Assembly (NCBI GenBank): GCA_029953675.1
Contig: JAMWBK010000004.1
Location: 1,488,001 to 1,552,000, forward strand
Source of the DNA: Rhodosorus marinus CCMP1338
Taxonomy: Eukaryota; Plantae; Rhodophyta
DNA: 64,000 nt
Direction: 5' to 3'
Every line of letters begins with the position of its first letter. Position 1 is the first letter of the stretch. The translations under genes were made by a program, and so were the position numbers. Below, one piece after another: positions 1-10,660 of the stretch. Below the pieces are notes generated by a model. That model saw only the letters and a program-made list of their open reading frames with translations. It ran no database searches and was not told the DNA's origin.

Positions 1-641
1 GATCCACCGCGGAGTCGAGAGCACTGGATACGCACCTTCCGAGTGCCACCCTGGCAGCATGTTTGTACTTCTTGGGGAACCTCGGACGAAGCACGTGAAT
101 CAAGTACCTTGTTCCGTTGAAGAAGTATGCCAATAGGCCAGGCATTGAGAACCCTCACTCTTAGCAATGCTCATCCAGCCGCGGCAGAGAAAAGGGCGAG
201 CATCCTACCTTGTATGGAGATGATACCCGTGAGTGGCGCGTGCTTCTCCAGACCTTGGATAACCCTCTTGGGAGAGTTCCTGCTCGACATTGTCCGCACC
301 AGCAGCGGCGAGGATGCGTTCGTAAGTCTCAGTTTGATAGTGCCCCTTCGAGGACCTTCCCACTACCACAGCATCGCAGCGCAGTCGACGAACGTCGCCG
401 CTCCAAAGGAAAACCTTTTCGTTCAGTTCCGGTCGAACCGCATTCGGAAGAGCTCTATCGTTCCTCGCTGCGCTATCCCAGCAGAATCCAACCTAAGGGA
501 AAAACCAAACCAACAAATGAGGAAAAACTTGGTAAGTTAAGATCAAAAAGAAGCAATCCAAATCGATCAACAATCTTATCAGTGGGATTTTTGCACTCCA
601 CTGACCTCGTTCACGTTCACGATTAGCGACCGCTCTGACAT
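1..641 (-). CDS. GDAP2: GDAP2-like macro-domain protein; 5' part only, runs off the window start. Not in the ORF track.
   Basis: Hand-spliced exons 641-606, 492-209 and 107-<1 with GT-AG introns give MSERSLIVNVNE|VGFCWDS..NEKVFLWSGDVRRLRCDAVVV..GEARATHGYHLHTR|YLIHVLRPRFPKKYKHAARVALGRC. This matches the macro-domain pattern (LWxGD..DA; GEA.T.GY.L; HTVGP..Y..AA...L..C) with a degenerate GGG loop, as in GDAP2. Confidence 0.8.
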
Positions 642-2619
642 CCGAAGCCCATATGGAACGAGAGGACTATCAACTAGAACCTAAAGTTCTTTCGACAATG
701 CACCGCGAACGCTATGAACTCCTGATTCTTCTCTCTTATGATCACCAGAAGCTCTTAAGCGTAGAGCGAACTTTTCAATGGTGATTCCACAATATCCAAA
801 GCTCAAACCAAGCGAGCTCTCCTTCCCCAACGTTCTTGAGCTGGTTCACTCTGTTCATAGTATTTGGGGGACTGTCGGAGGCTTCACTCTGTGCGGATCT
901 ATTTGAGATTTGGAAGAGCTCTCCTAACAAACGCTGAAGTCATGATGAAATGGCACAGTTGCGTTTTTGAAACAAATCTGCTTCAGCCAGATTTGGATAA
1001 GCAGAAACTTCGTGAGGTAACCCCCGAGGTGAATTGGACGCGACTCGCAGCAGCAAAAATCATGGATTGGTTCTGCTGCAGAGTTAAGCTCAGATTCGTT
1101 CTCTGTTGTTGGATCCTTGAGGCGCGCTGGGATTGGTTTGACTAGGTACCGGAGACATGCAAACGACACGATCTATGTTCTTCCTGAAATTACTAGTGGC
1201 AGACCGGAATTGATCAAGTTCTTGGGAAGACCAAGGCAGTTTAGTTCCATGATTTGTCCCAGCCAAAACAAATCTCAAGATGGAGATGCGAGTAGGTCAA
1301 GCCCTATCACCCGACCAGGGTCCTAGCTAGCCACCACGGCTCCCATTCGTCTTTCGATGGCAACGGAAACGCGTTTTCCTATCACAGACCGCTCTGATGT
1401 ACAGGTTCGTCGGTAGTTGACTCCTTTCATCTTGAACTGCCACTAGTCGCTGCCGGTTATCTTATGTAGGTATCATCTTGAGCGACCAACCGAGTGGCAT
1501 GCTTTCATATGAGGTGTAGCTGCACAACTTCAGTGTTGTATTGTGGCCAGCGCTTCAGATATATCCCAGTCCAGCCCTTTGCCTGCGCACTACAGAGGGC
1601 GGAAAAGAGCACGGCCCCCAGAAAAAAAGGGGGTAGCAATACAAACACGAGACGTATGGGGCTCAAAAGGAAGTGAACAGATGATAAAGATCAGTGTCCT
1701 ACTAAACCAAGCAACGCTCTCCACCTTCACATTTTTGAGAAGAGATTCCCAACCCTCGTATCCTGGAAAACTATTGTCCAATAGTTAAAATGCACGTGTC
1801 CTATTCCTTAAAAAAAGGAGCGTCCCAAGCAGAAAATTCATATTTTAGCCGTTGCCGACCGTGTTTATTTTGTTTTTGGAAGGTTTTGACAGGATTTTGT
1901 TGGTTTGGGCGGGGTTTCAAAAGTTTTTTTTGGCAGGATTTAACCCAGAACCGCATTGCATGCCATTCCATGGCTTAGATCGAGCTGACAGTCTAATTTG
2001 CTATCACTCCTCCCCTTTGCCCTACTCCCCACCCCCTCGTTTTTGAAAGAAGAAATTTGCAGAGAATTTCTCTGCTAGGATCCCCCCACCCTAACGAGAT
2101 TCCCAAACGATAGAAATCGAAAACGACCCCATTCTCTTGCCGCCTTCTATTTATAGTCCCTTTTCCCACTTGGAATTAAGCAATACTTGCCATTTCGAAC
2201 ATAAGTCTCTCCCCCCGGCTCCCCCGCCACGCGAAACGAAAATCCCCTTATCTCCTAAAAATGAAATTCTGCTAAGTAATTGCACCCACCTCATTCAAGA
2301 AACAAACCCAAAAACCGGTGAATCCGTACGATTTCGAATGGAAGAGGTAAAATTTGCCGAACGTGGACAATTCCAACTCCGCATTTTTTTTCCCCCGCCT
2401 ACGGGCTCGGTAAAATACAAAAAAAGTCTAAATTATTCTAAAGTATTATCGTCGTTTGCACGAGAGATGAAAAGAGAAGGGGGGGTGGTACCCATATATC
2501 AATCTGCCATTTTTGTTTTCCCTGTCCACCCCCCGTATTGTACCATTGGCCATATCCCGTAAACAGCGATAAAGCTGCCCAAGCAAAAATTTACAAAAAT
2601 ACGCTCAGTCAAGTAGTCC

Positions 2620-2800
2620 GGTGAGTCCCCATACCGTTAAAATAGATGTATAATACAATTTAATATCATAGTTATTAAGTAAATATTAGGCTATTTGTCA
2701 AATTTAACCAATCATCAGTATGTTGATGTTGATAGTGATCTATAAATATATTTTATTGGAGAATAAGGATGGCATTATTGTAATATTTTAGAGGATTGTC
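2620..2800 (+). promoter_or_regulatory. AT-rich island with CCAAT box (2708-2714) and TATA-like box (2741-2748) upstream of the NDR kinase gene
   Basis: aaccaatca and tataaata read directly; the G-rich leader starts immediately downstream. Confidence 0.5.
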
Positions 2801-3109
2801 TTTTGAGAGTAGAGACTTTGATAAGGATATATATAGCGATGGTGGAGGGGAGTGGTTGGTATCTTTGGTTGGGGAGGGAGGAAGGCAAGGGTGGAGTTGG
2901 GAGGTTATGCGGGAGGTTGTGCGGGGTTGCAGAAGAATTTTTAGGCTTCTTTTTTGGATGGATTAAAGAGATGGTTTGCCTTCTACTACGGTCGGGATTT
3001 TGTTGAGGGTAGTGTTGTCGAGGGAGTTGGGGAAGTGTGGTTTCGAGCTTTGGGCTTGTGTTCTTGTTTTTAAGTGTTTAGGGTCGGGCGTGGGCTGGTT
3101 GTAGGAGAG

Positions 3110-5296
3110 ATGGGGGGGTCAGAGAGTAAAGATCAGATAGTTTCGAGCAAGGAGAAGAAAGCTGAGCTGGCTAAGAATATTATTCGGTCCTACTTTGACG
3201 ATCTGGAGAAAGTGCAGGAGATGAGGACGAAAAAGGGGGAGAAACTTGAGTTAGAGATTCAAGGGCTTCCTGAGGCCGAGCAGGAGAGGAAAAGAAAGGA
3301 GTTTATGGAGAAAGCTATGGCGTTTCATTTCATTACCAGAAGGCGTGTCACTGTAAATGATTTTAATATTATTCGGAGAATTGGGAAGGGGTCCTTTGGA
3401 GAAGTCTATCTTGTACAGCATAAAACCACTCTGGCGTTTTATGCAATGAAGCTCTTGAGCAAGGAGAGGATGATAGAGCATGGACAGGTAGGACGCGCGG
3501 CCGTAGTGTTGAATTCTACTTCTGCGAAACCGCGAAGGTTTAGCACATGACGCTTTCTGCTCATATGCAGTAAGCTGTACTAGAACGAGTTTTGCTGACC
3601 AGATGGTTAACGCGCAAATTCTTTTCATTGTTGATTTAGGTTGCTCACGCATGGGTAGAGAGGTATGCCCTTACAAGAGCTGGTCGACATCCATATGTGG
3701 TAGAACTCTACTTCTGTTTTCAGGACAAGAAGTTTCTCTACCTGATTATGGAATATGTTCCAGGGGGTGATATGCTAACCATGCTTACTCGTGAGGAGAG
3801 GCTGGGCGAAGATTTTGCCAGATTCTACATAGCTGAGCTTATTGTTGCGGTAGACGCCTTGCACGTGGAGGGGATAATTCATCGAGACCTGAAACCTGAC
3901 AATGTTCTCTTCGGATCCGCAGGGCATGTAAGGCTTTCGGATTTTGGACTGAGCAAGGTTCTGTTTGACGTGAGCTAATTTTTCCAAGCTGAGAAGTTCT
4001 GCCCGAACATCTTCTGTTCGATCAAAAACGCTGGCCCTCGTTTCGGCTTGTTTGCATTTGGTTGAGGAGATCGGAATGTTCAATCTTGAAGTAGCAAACT
4101 GATAGTTGCCCGCTTTCACGTCTTCCATACAGGAAAAAGAAATCGATCCAACCGATTTGGAGGGCTCCCGAACGAGCTTGTCGGATGCTGGTGAGAGGAG
4201 ATTAAGTAACACATTCCGCTCGTCAGATACAGGCGAGAGAATAGCGAAGTGGAAGCAGCTGTCCAGGCATCAAGCATTCAGCGCAGTGGGAACTCCTAAC
4301 TATATATCACCAGAAGTGCTGATGACTGGCAGATATGACGAAACCAGCGATTGGTGGAGCCTCGGCATCATTATGTTTGAAATGCTTGTTGGATACCCCC
4401 CGTTCTGGTCTTCAAGTCCTGCCAGCACGTGCAGAAAGGTACGCGGTCTCGCCTCGGCGTAGAACCCCTCAGCAGCTCCGAATCCTTAACCGATCGTTTT
4501 ATCCACCTTGTATTAGATTCTTGGCTGGAAAGAGCACCTGAAGTTTCCTAAAGATGTGGATATAAGCCCGGAGGCTAAAGACCTTATTCAGCGTCTAATC
4601 TGCGCGCCAAAAGATCGGCTGGGAAGGAAGAAGGGCAGGGCTGAATTTGAAGAGCACGCGTTCTTCAAGAAAAAGCTAAAATTTGATCGGCTTTCGTCCG
4701 TTAGAGCTCCGTTCGTTCCCGAGCTCGTGGCAGCTGACGATACGAGGTACTTCGACGTTCCATCAGACGGAAGCCCGGAGGACTCTGAAACATACAATGA
4801 CCTGTCGAGTACGGAAATGGTGGAAAAATACAAGAGAGCCACTGTCCGGAATCGGTTCCTCCAGAGAAGCTATGGAGGCGACTTTGCAGGATATTCGTAC
4901 ATGAACTTCACCGCCATGGGAGGGCTGGAATCTTCGGAAGCTTTTCAATCCGGACATGATATTCCTGATGACTTTATCCTCATGAGTCTTTCTGGAGACG
5001 CGGAAAGAACAGAAGTCGAGAATGAGGCCGAGAGCAAGGGTGAGACTGAACATGCCGCTCGCCCTCCCGCGTTTGCCAAACTGCAAAAGAAGTCGAAAAA
5101 GCCGAAGGATACCAAGACGGTGAACTTTGCTGCCGCGAAAGGGGAAATGGTGGAATGCAAGCGTTCACCCTTAACCATGGAGTCAACAGAAAGGAGGCCA
5201 GAAGAAGCCCTGAGCGGGCTGGGAGAGGCGAAGAACTTGGACGAGGTCACGAACGGAAACGTACCTGTACCGCTCCAAGTGCAAATAAGCTCGTAA
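3110..5296 (+). CDS. NDR: NDR/LATS-family (STK38-like) AGC Ser/Thr kinase, 4 exons
   Basis: Motifs RIGKGSFGEV, YAMK, HRDLKPDN and DFGLSK, a long insert before SAVGTPNYISPE, and a C-terminal FAGYSY hydrophobic motif. Introns at about 3488-3639, 3970-4131 and 4439-4518. Confidence 0.95.
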
Positions 5297-5626
5297 CGCA
5301 TGCTCGACTTGTCCCCAACCTTGAGGAGTTGTACCATACCATCAAGATTGCGATGTCAAAGAACCAAAAACACCCGTCAATTGTGTAATTTTTCATTTAT
5401 ACAGAAATTATATTTTATCTATCTATGTTTGTCTAGTAAACGATTGTAAACTGTAACTAGTATCTGTATCGTCTTTATGTCACGCGCTGCTGATGACGAT
5501 GTTATACACCGTGTAGGACTCTAATTTGGGTCTGACGGGGTTAAATGTGCGTGTATCCTTCGGGAAATTTTATTTTCTCTCGCTTGCCCCTGGCCTTCGA
5601 GAAGGAGTCTTCGTAGTCAGCAATCG

Positions 5627-6523
5627 ATGACAGGAGCGCTTGTGGTGATACCCGCGCGGTACGGATCCACGAGGTTCCCCGGAAAACCGCTGAAACTTCT
5701 TGCTGGAGTGCCAATTGTTCTACGGACCCTGCGCAATGCCCAACGAGCGAGGATCACGGCGAAAGCGATTGTTGCCACAGATGATGAACGGATAGTCGAC
5801 GTTGTTCGAGCTGCCGGGGGATCGGCAGTTATGACCAGTCCCGACTGCTCGAACGGAACCAAACGCGTTATCGAGGCGGTTAAAAAACTCAGCTGCGATC
5901 CATACGATGTCATTGTCAATGTTCAAGGTGATGAGCCGCTGATCAACCCCGATCACATCGACCGAGCAATGTCGGTATTAACCGAAATGAATCACGATGA
6001 CACAACAACTGCGGATGTCGGTACCATAGCCGTTCGCATTGAAGCTGAGGAGGACGTGACGAATCCCGACACCGTCAAGTGCGTTGTCAACGCACGCAAC
6101 GAAGTGATGTACTTCTCCAGAGCACCGATCCCCTTCCAGAGATCTGGGAATCAAGATCTGAAAACCGGCCGAGCGAAGTACTTGCGCCACTTGGTAAGTT
6201 GAATTCGTCCATGATGAAGTATTCGCGTCCAGAGCAAGCCCTTGACTGTCCCCTTTCAGACCCGCCCAGGCCGGGAGCTAAAGAGATATACTTCTCGTCA
6301 TCGAAAACAGGGAATCTACGCCTTCAGTAGAGAGTTCTTAACAGAAAAAATCCCACAGATGGCACCTTCAGGTCTGGAGATGACTGAAATGCTCGAGCAG
6401 CTAACCTGGTTGTACTGCGGAGCAAAGATCAAAGTTGGACTGGTCAACCAAGCTGCGCATGGCGTTGACACTCAGGAGGATCTGGACAAGTTAGAGGAGC
6501 ATTTGAGCTCCCGGAAAACCTGA
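5627..6523 (+). CDS. kdsB: CMP-Kdo synthetase (3-deoxy-manno-octulosonate cytidylyltransferase)
   Basis: Motifs VIPARYGSTRFPGKPL, VATDD, NGTKRV, VNVQGDEPLI, MYFSRAPIP, HL|GIYAF, LEMTEMLEQL and GVDTQEDL. One intron at 6194-6310. A short upstream exon at 5477-5512 is possible. Confidence 0.95.
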
Positions 6524-7480
6524 GATCCGATCCAGCTACACTCACTGAACGGCGCATCCGGTCTTTCGCTGTAAGGAGCGGAGCACGGTCGGCCCGGGAC
6601 TTGTTCTGAGGCAAAAAGCAAGAGATCCGTTTCGAGCAACCGATTTCCTCAACAGTCTATTGCAGACCGGACGAGGTGAACGAGGCCGACGCGTATGATG
6701 GTGGAGTTTGTATATTCGTTTGATCAGTCGACGTATCTTCAGCAAGCTAGGACACGATGCGGTGGCCGGAGAGAGCCACGCAATAGCAAAAATGTTCAGC
6801 TTTAGGAAGGAGCTCATGAAAAATGGCCCCAATTCTGGAGAGCATTTGGCCTGAATTAGTCAATTGTTTTTAAGAAGCATTTGTCCGGCCCAGCGAACTC
6901 GGCCATTGTTCTCGGGGCCAAGAAGCTGTGAGCAAGGAGAGGGCAATGTTCTTCAGAACATCGGTCAACGATTCTCAGTTTCTTTGAAACTCTTATCCGG
7001 ACAAGGACGTCGCCAGAAAACCTTGCTTCAATTCGTTTGGGCAAATGCATCCGAAGCCATTGCTCCCTCTGGAACACTGGCTGTCAGTTGCAGGGCCAGA
7101 GAGGTACCTAGACGTAGCAAACTGCCTCTCTGAGTCATTGGACGAAGGCAAACTTTGGGAAGAATCGATCCTGGTCGCTCTGCCTTAAATAAAGTACAAA
7201 CCGCATAGGACTGTGTATGCTGTGAACATCCAAAGACTTTTCGTATTGGAAAGACCTGTCCAATCCTTTTTTCCGCTCTGAAGAACGCTGAAGCAGCAAA
7301 TCGCTTGAGCTGACTTGTGATCAATTCTGGCACACCTTGAGTAGTTCCCTGACCCTGGCCCCCAAAACAGCTGCTTCCCACTACTGCTTTAGAAACTGCA
7401 CAGCTCGTCAGCAACGTTGCTGGATTGAGGACTTGTCCAGAAGCAGAGCTTCGCCGTGTCTGGAGGAACCTTCCGCAGCG

Positions 7481-8865
7481 TTAGTTTTGAAATACGACTT
7501 CGATGAGATCTTCATCTTCGAGGTCCAACATTTCTGGAGTCTGAGAACCAGTGATTATGTCTCCATCAAATACCATTTTGGCATCTTCTGGGTTTCGATT
7601 CTGAAAAGCGCAAAACTTGATCAAGGTCTTCTGAAGAGGATCATTCTGAGCGAAACCAGGTCAAACCAAACAATTAGAAGAACAGAAAACAACGGATATG
7701 TGACCAACCTGGCTCTGTATCTGCGCAAGCCAGTACCTTCTTCATTCTGTACTTTTTAGACCCTTCTTTGCTTCTTATTCGCAGTTGAATCAAGTTTTCA
7801 GTTTGAGAGTCCAAACCTGCACTGTACACTTGAGAAATGGGCTCTTCCAGAAGCACGGTTCCCCCTCCTAGACCGTCCTTTCCTTTGTCTTCATCCTCGT
7901 CGTCCAGGTCGATGATCAAAGTGGATGAGGTCGGTTGGGCACGGACTAAATTTGGATCCGGATCCAAAGTCCTTAATATTGGAGCGAGCTCGAGGACATC
8001 CGACGGCTTGAGATTCAGTTCTTCGACGGTTGTTTCAAGCGAGACAAATCTGGACCCACACAACACTTGCACGTCTCTTGGCACTAGTTTTGAGATCCTC
8101 CAGTACTCATGGATTGCGTCTATCAACCGATTGTACTAACCAGGAGAGTCACCAAAAGGTTGCTCGTTTTAGAAGCACATCGTGTTTAATCGTCGTAAAT
8201 GTCCTGACTTATCTCACGTACCGAGGATACGGTCACGCCGAGTACAGGCTGGTCTTTGAGCCTAATGAATACTTTACTCGAAACTTCCACCTCTTCGTCA
8301 GGTGCTGAGAAATCGTCCAACTCATCCTCTGATTGAACGTCCTTCTTAGCAGAGCCGAGAACTCGACGAGCCTCTGATCCCGTCATTTGTGCGCGGACCA
8401 GAGTCGGATCATGTCTGAGCGATTGGTTGACGATTCGGTCAATGCTGGGATCATTTTCAAAAAGAAAATCCTCATTTTCTATCCCAGTCTTTTGACCGGC
8501 AGATACAACCTCTGCTTCTTCACCCTCGTCAGCAGGTTCCGGTCCTGGCCGTCTCGCCCTCTTGGAGGCTCGACCTTGAGGTTTCTTTTTCAGTTGTTTC
8601 TTCTGCCTTCTCTTGACATCTTCGAGTTCCAGTTCCTCATCATCGTCCCATGATTCATCTTCAAGCAGCTCTTTAGGGTACAATAGATTTAGAGACCAGT
8701 TCTATGATCAGTAAACCTTCAACGGCATCATAGGAAAACTCAGATAACCAGAAAAGAAAAAAAAGTCCCACCTCTGCTGATCACCGGTTTGGGAACGTCA
8801 TCAACAAACAATCCAGAGCTCTCAGCCAGGACCTTCTCCTCTTCACTCCTCTCAGCTGTCTCCAT
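7481..8865 (-). CDS. Rad60/Esc2/NIP45-like protein with tandem C-terminal SUMO-like domains
   Basis: Acidic/basic N-terminus; SLD1 (..TTVEELNLKPSDVLEL); spliced last exon NDPLQKTLIKFCAFQNRNPEDAKMVFDGDIITGSQTPEMLDLEDEDLIEVVFQN*, ending in TAA at 7481-7483. Start codon is approximate. Confidence 0.8.
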
Positions 8866-9547
8866 ACCTTCCTTGTATCGTATGCTGATGACGTTCACAG
8901 TCCAGCCGTCCTACGCTCAACACCTCAAAAGAAAGCATGGAACTCAAATACAAGCATATTCTGAGGACAACCTAACCGACGATGTACCAAGCTGTGCGGC
9001 TCGCATGTTTAGAGCATTATCAAAAACCCTAGTTCCTCAACCACCCCGTCGTTGCCAACGACATGCCATCTACAACCAACTCATACCCAGTCATCCCTCA
9101 CATTCCTAGAGAGCCAACCGCTCATCCACCGTTGCATCACCAGCAATCATCGTGAGATTTTCCGCGGGTAGTGCTCGCAGGCTACACCCGACAACCGCTG
9201 ATGAAAATTCCTGAGATGTGCGAGGGTAGAGGTCTAGCTTTGGTTGTACGAGAATGCGGCGTTCTGTCTCCTGATCCCAAACCCGATAAGTCTAGCCTCC
9301 CACGCAGAAAGGCTGGTCGTGCTTTCCTACAATCCTGACCAACCTCCCGTCAACTGCCTCGCAGCCAACGAACATTTGTCCGAGGGAAAGCCTGAGCCAA
9401 GCTTAGTGATCGCTCCAGGAGGGGAGCGCCGGAAGAACGCCAGAGTCAAAACCAACCAGTGTGCGGGTGATGAGGGGCTATTTTCTGGAGATGGAACCGA
9501 CCTAGGAGAAGAGCGTAAAGAAGAACAAATACCCGATGAGAACAGAA

Positions 9548-9724
9548 GGATCCCTGGTTGGCGATGTTGGATTTGATCCACTCAACTTCAGCGCATACCT
9601 ACCGCTGAGCTGGCTGAGGGAAGCGGAGATCAAGCATTGCAGACGGTGCATGCTTGCTGCGCTTGGATGAATCACGACGGAATTCTATACCTTCCCTTTC
9701 TATTCGGGTACACCGAAGCCTTAA
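9548..9724 (+). pseudogene. Truncated light-harvesting chlorophyll-binding protein (LHC/Lhcr) fragment, first helix only
   Basis: Reads [57 protein letters not shown], containing the LHC signatures GDxGFDPL and REAEIKHxRxxML. TGA at 9668-9670 replaces the usual Trp. No transit peptide, helix 2 or helix 3. Confidence 0.85.
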
Positions 9725-10660
9725 GGTAAACCTTCGACCCCGGCGGATTTTTGCAAAATTGCTACATGAATTGTCAAGAAACTAAAAAGGTTCTGTGTGA
9801 CCAATACTATATTTTAATTAAACCCAATTCATATTTCGTTTTGTATCTATTTATTTTAATATTCAGTGTTATGTTTTCATGCACAATACTTGAATATTTT
9901 ACATGAATCGAAAGAAAAACGGAAGAAAAGTGCTTCCGGACAAAACTTAAATAAAGAACGAGTTTGTTGGCTAATTAGCAATCAAACCTTTGCACGTGTC
10001 CTGTAATGAAAAATTTCTGCTTTGCTTTGTTTTCTAATCAAAATTGACGAGAATTTACAAAAGGATTAGTGTACAATACAAACTGTTTTTAGTCAGTCTT
10101 ATACTAGTTCAGGAATCTGACCCTCCGTTGCAACGCGGTCGTTCGAGTGTAGGTTTTTGCCTGTATACTTGTCAAGGAATTTGGGGAATCCATGTGCCCC
10201 AGATAGCGACCTAGCCATTTGCCGGACCCTCAGGAACCCAGAGCAATTGCTCCTGATAATCAACATGGCTGATCTCACAATACGATTCAATATCATCTCC
10301 TGGAAAAGAAGTATTGCCGCTGCCATCCCTCCCACAGTCGACTGGTGGCCATGGGCCTTTGTCATTTCCAAATCTTGTCTTTACTAGTATTTATTAACAC
10401 GTGTGCTTCCGTCCGCGCCTCTGTACGCACGATTGCTTCTGTGGGTACCCGGAGTGAAACCAATATGTGAGGAAGTGCGTACCATAGTACTTTGTTTTCT
10501 CAACTCTTCGCCATCCGCGCTACTCGGCCTAGTGCACGGCGACAGTCAGAGTTCCGCCACGCCCCAGAACGCCCTCGCACAGAATTTTTGTCCACAAACC
10601 AGACTTTTTCGATATATTTACACCAGCTCCCCACGACCAAGCACACACAATTCCGCGACT

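Noticed and set aside
5458-5467. tagtatctgt resembling the U2 snRNA branch-recognition region
   Set aside because: Only 10 nt match; the flanking U2 sequence (AAGAUCAAGUG, stem IIa) is absent.
6781-7430. Protein-like plus-strand frame (MAPILESIWPELVNCF..) as a HEAT-repeat pseudogene
   Set aside because: About nine stops in ~220 codons is what random sequence would give.
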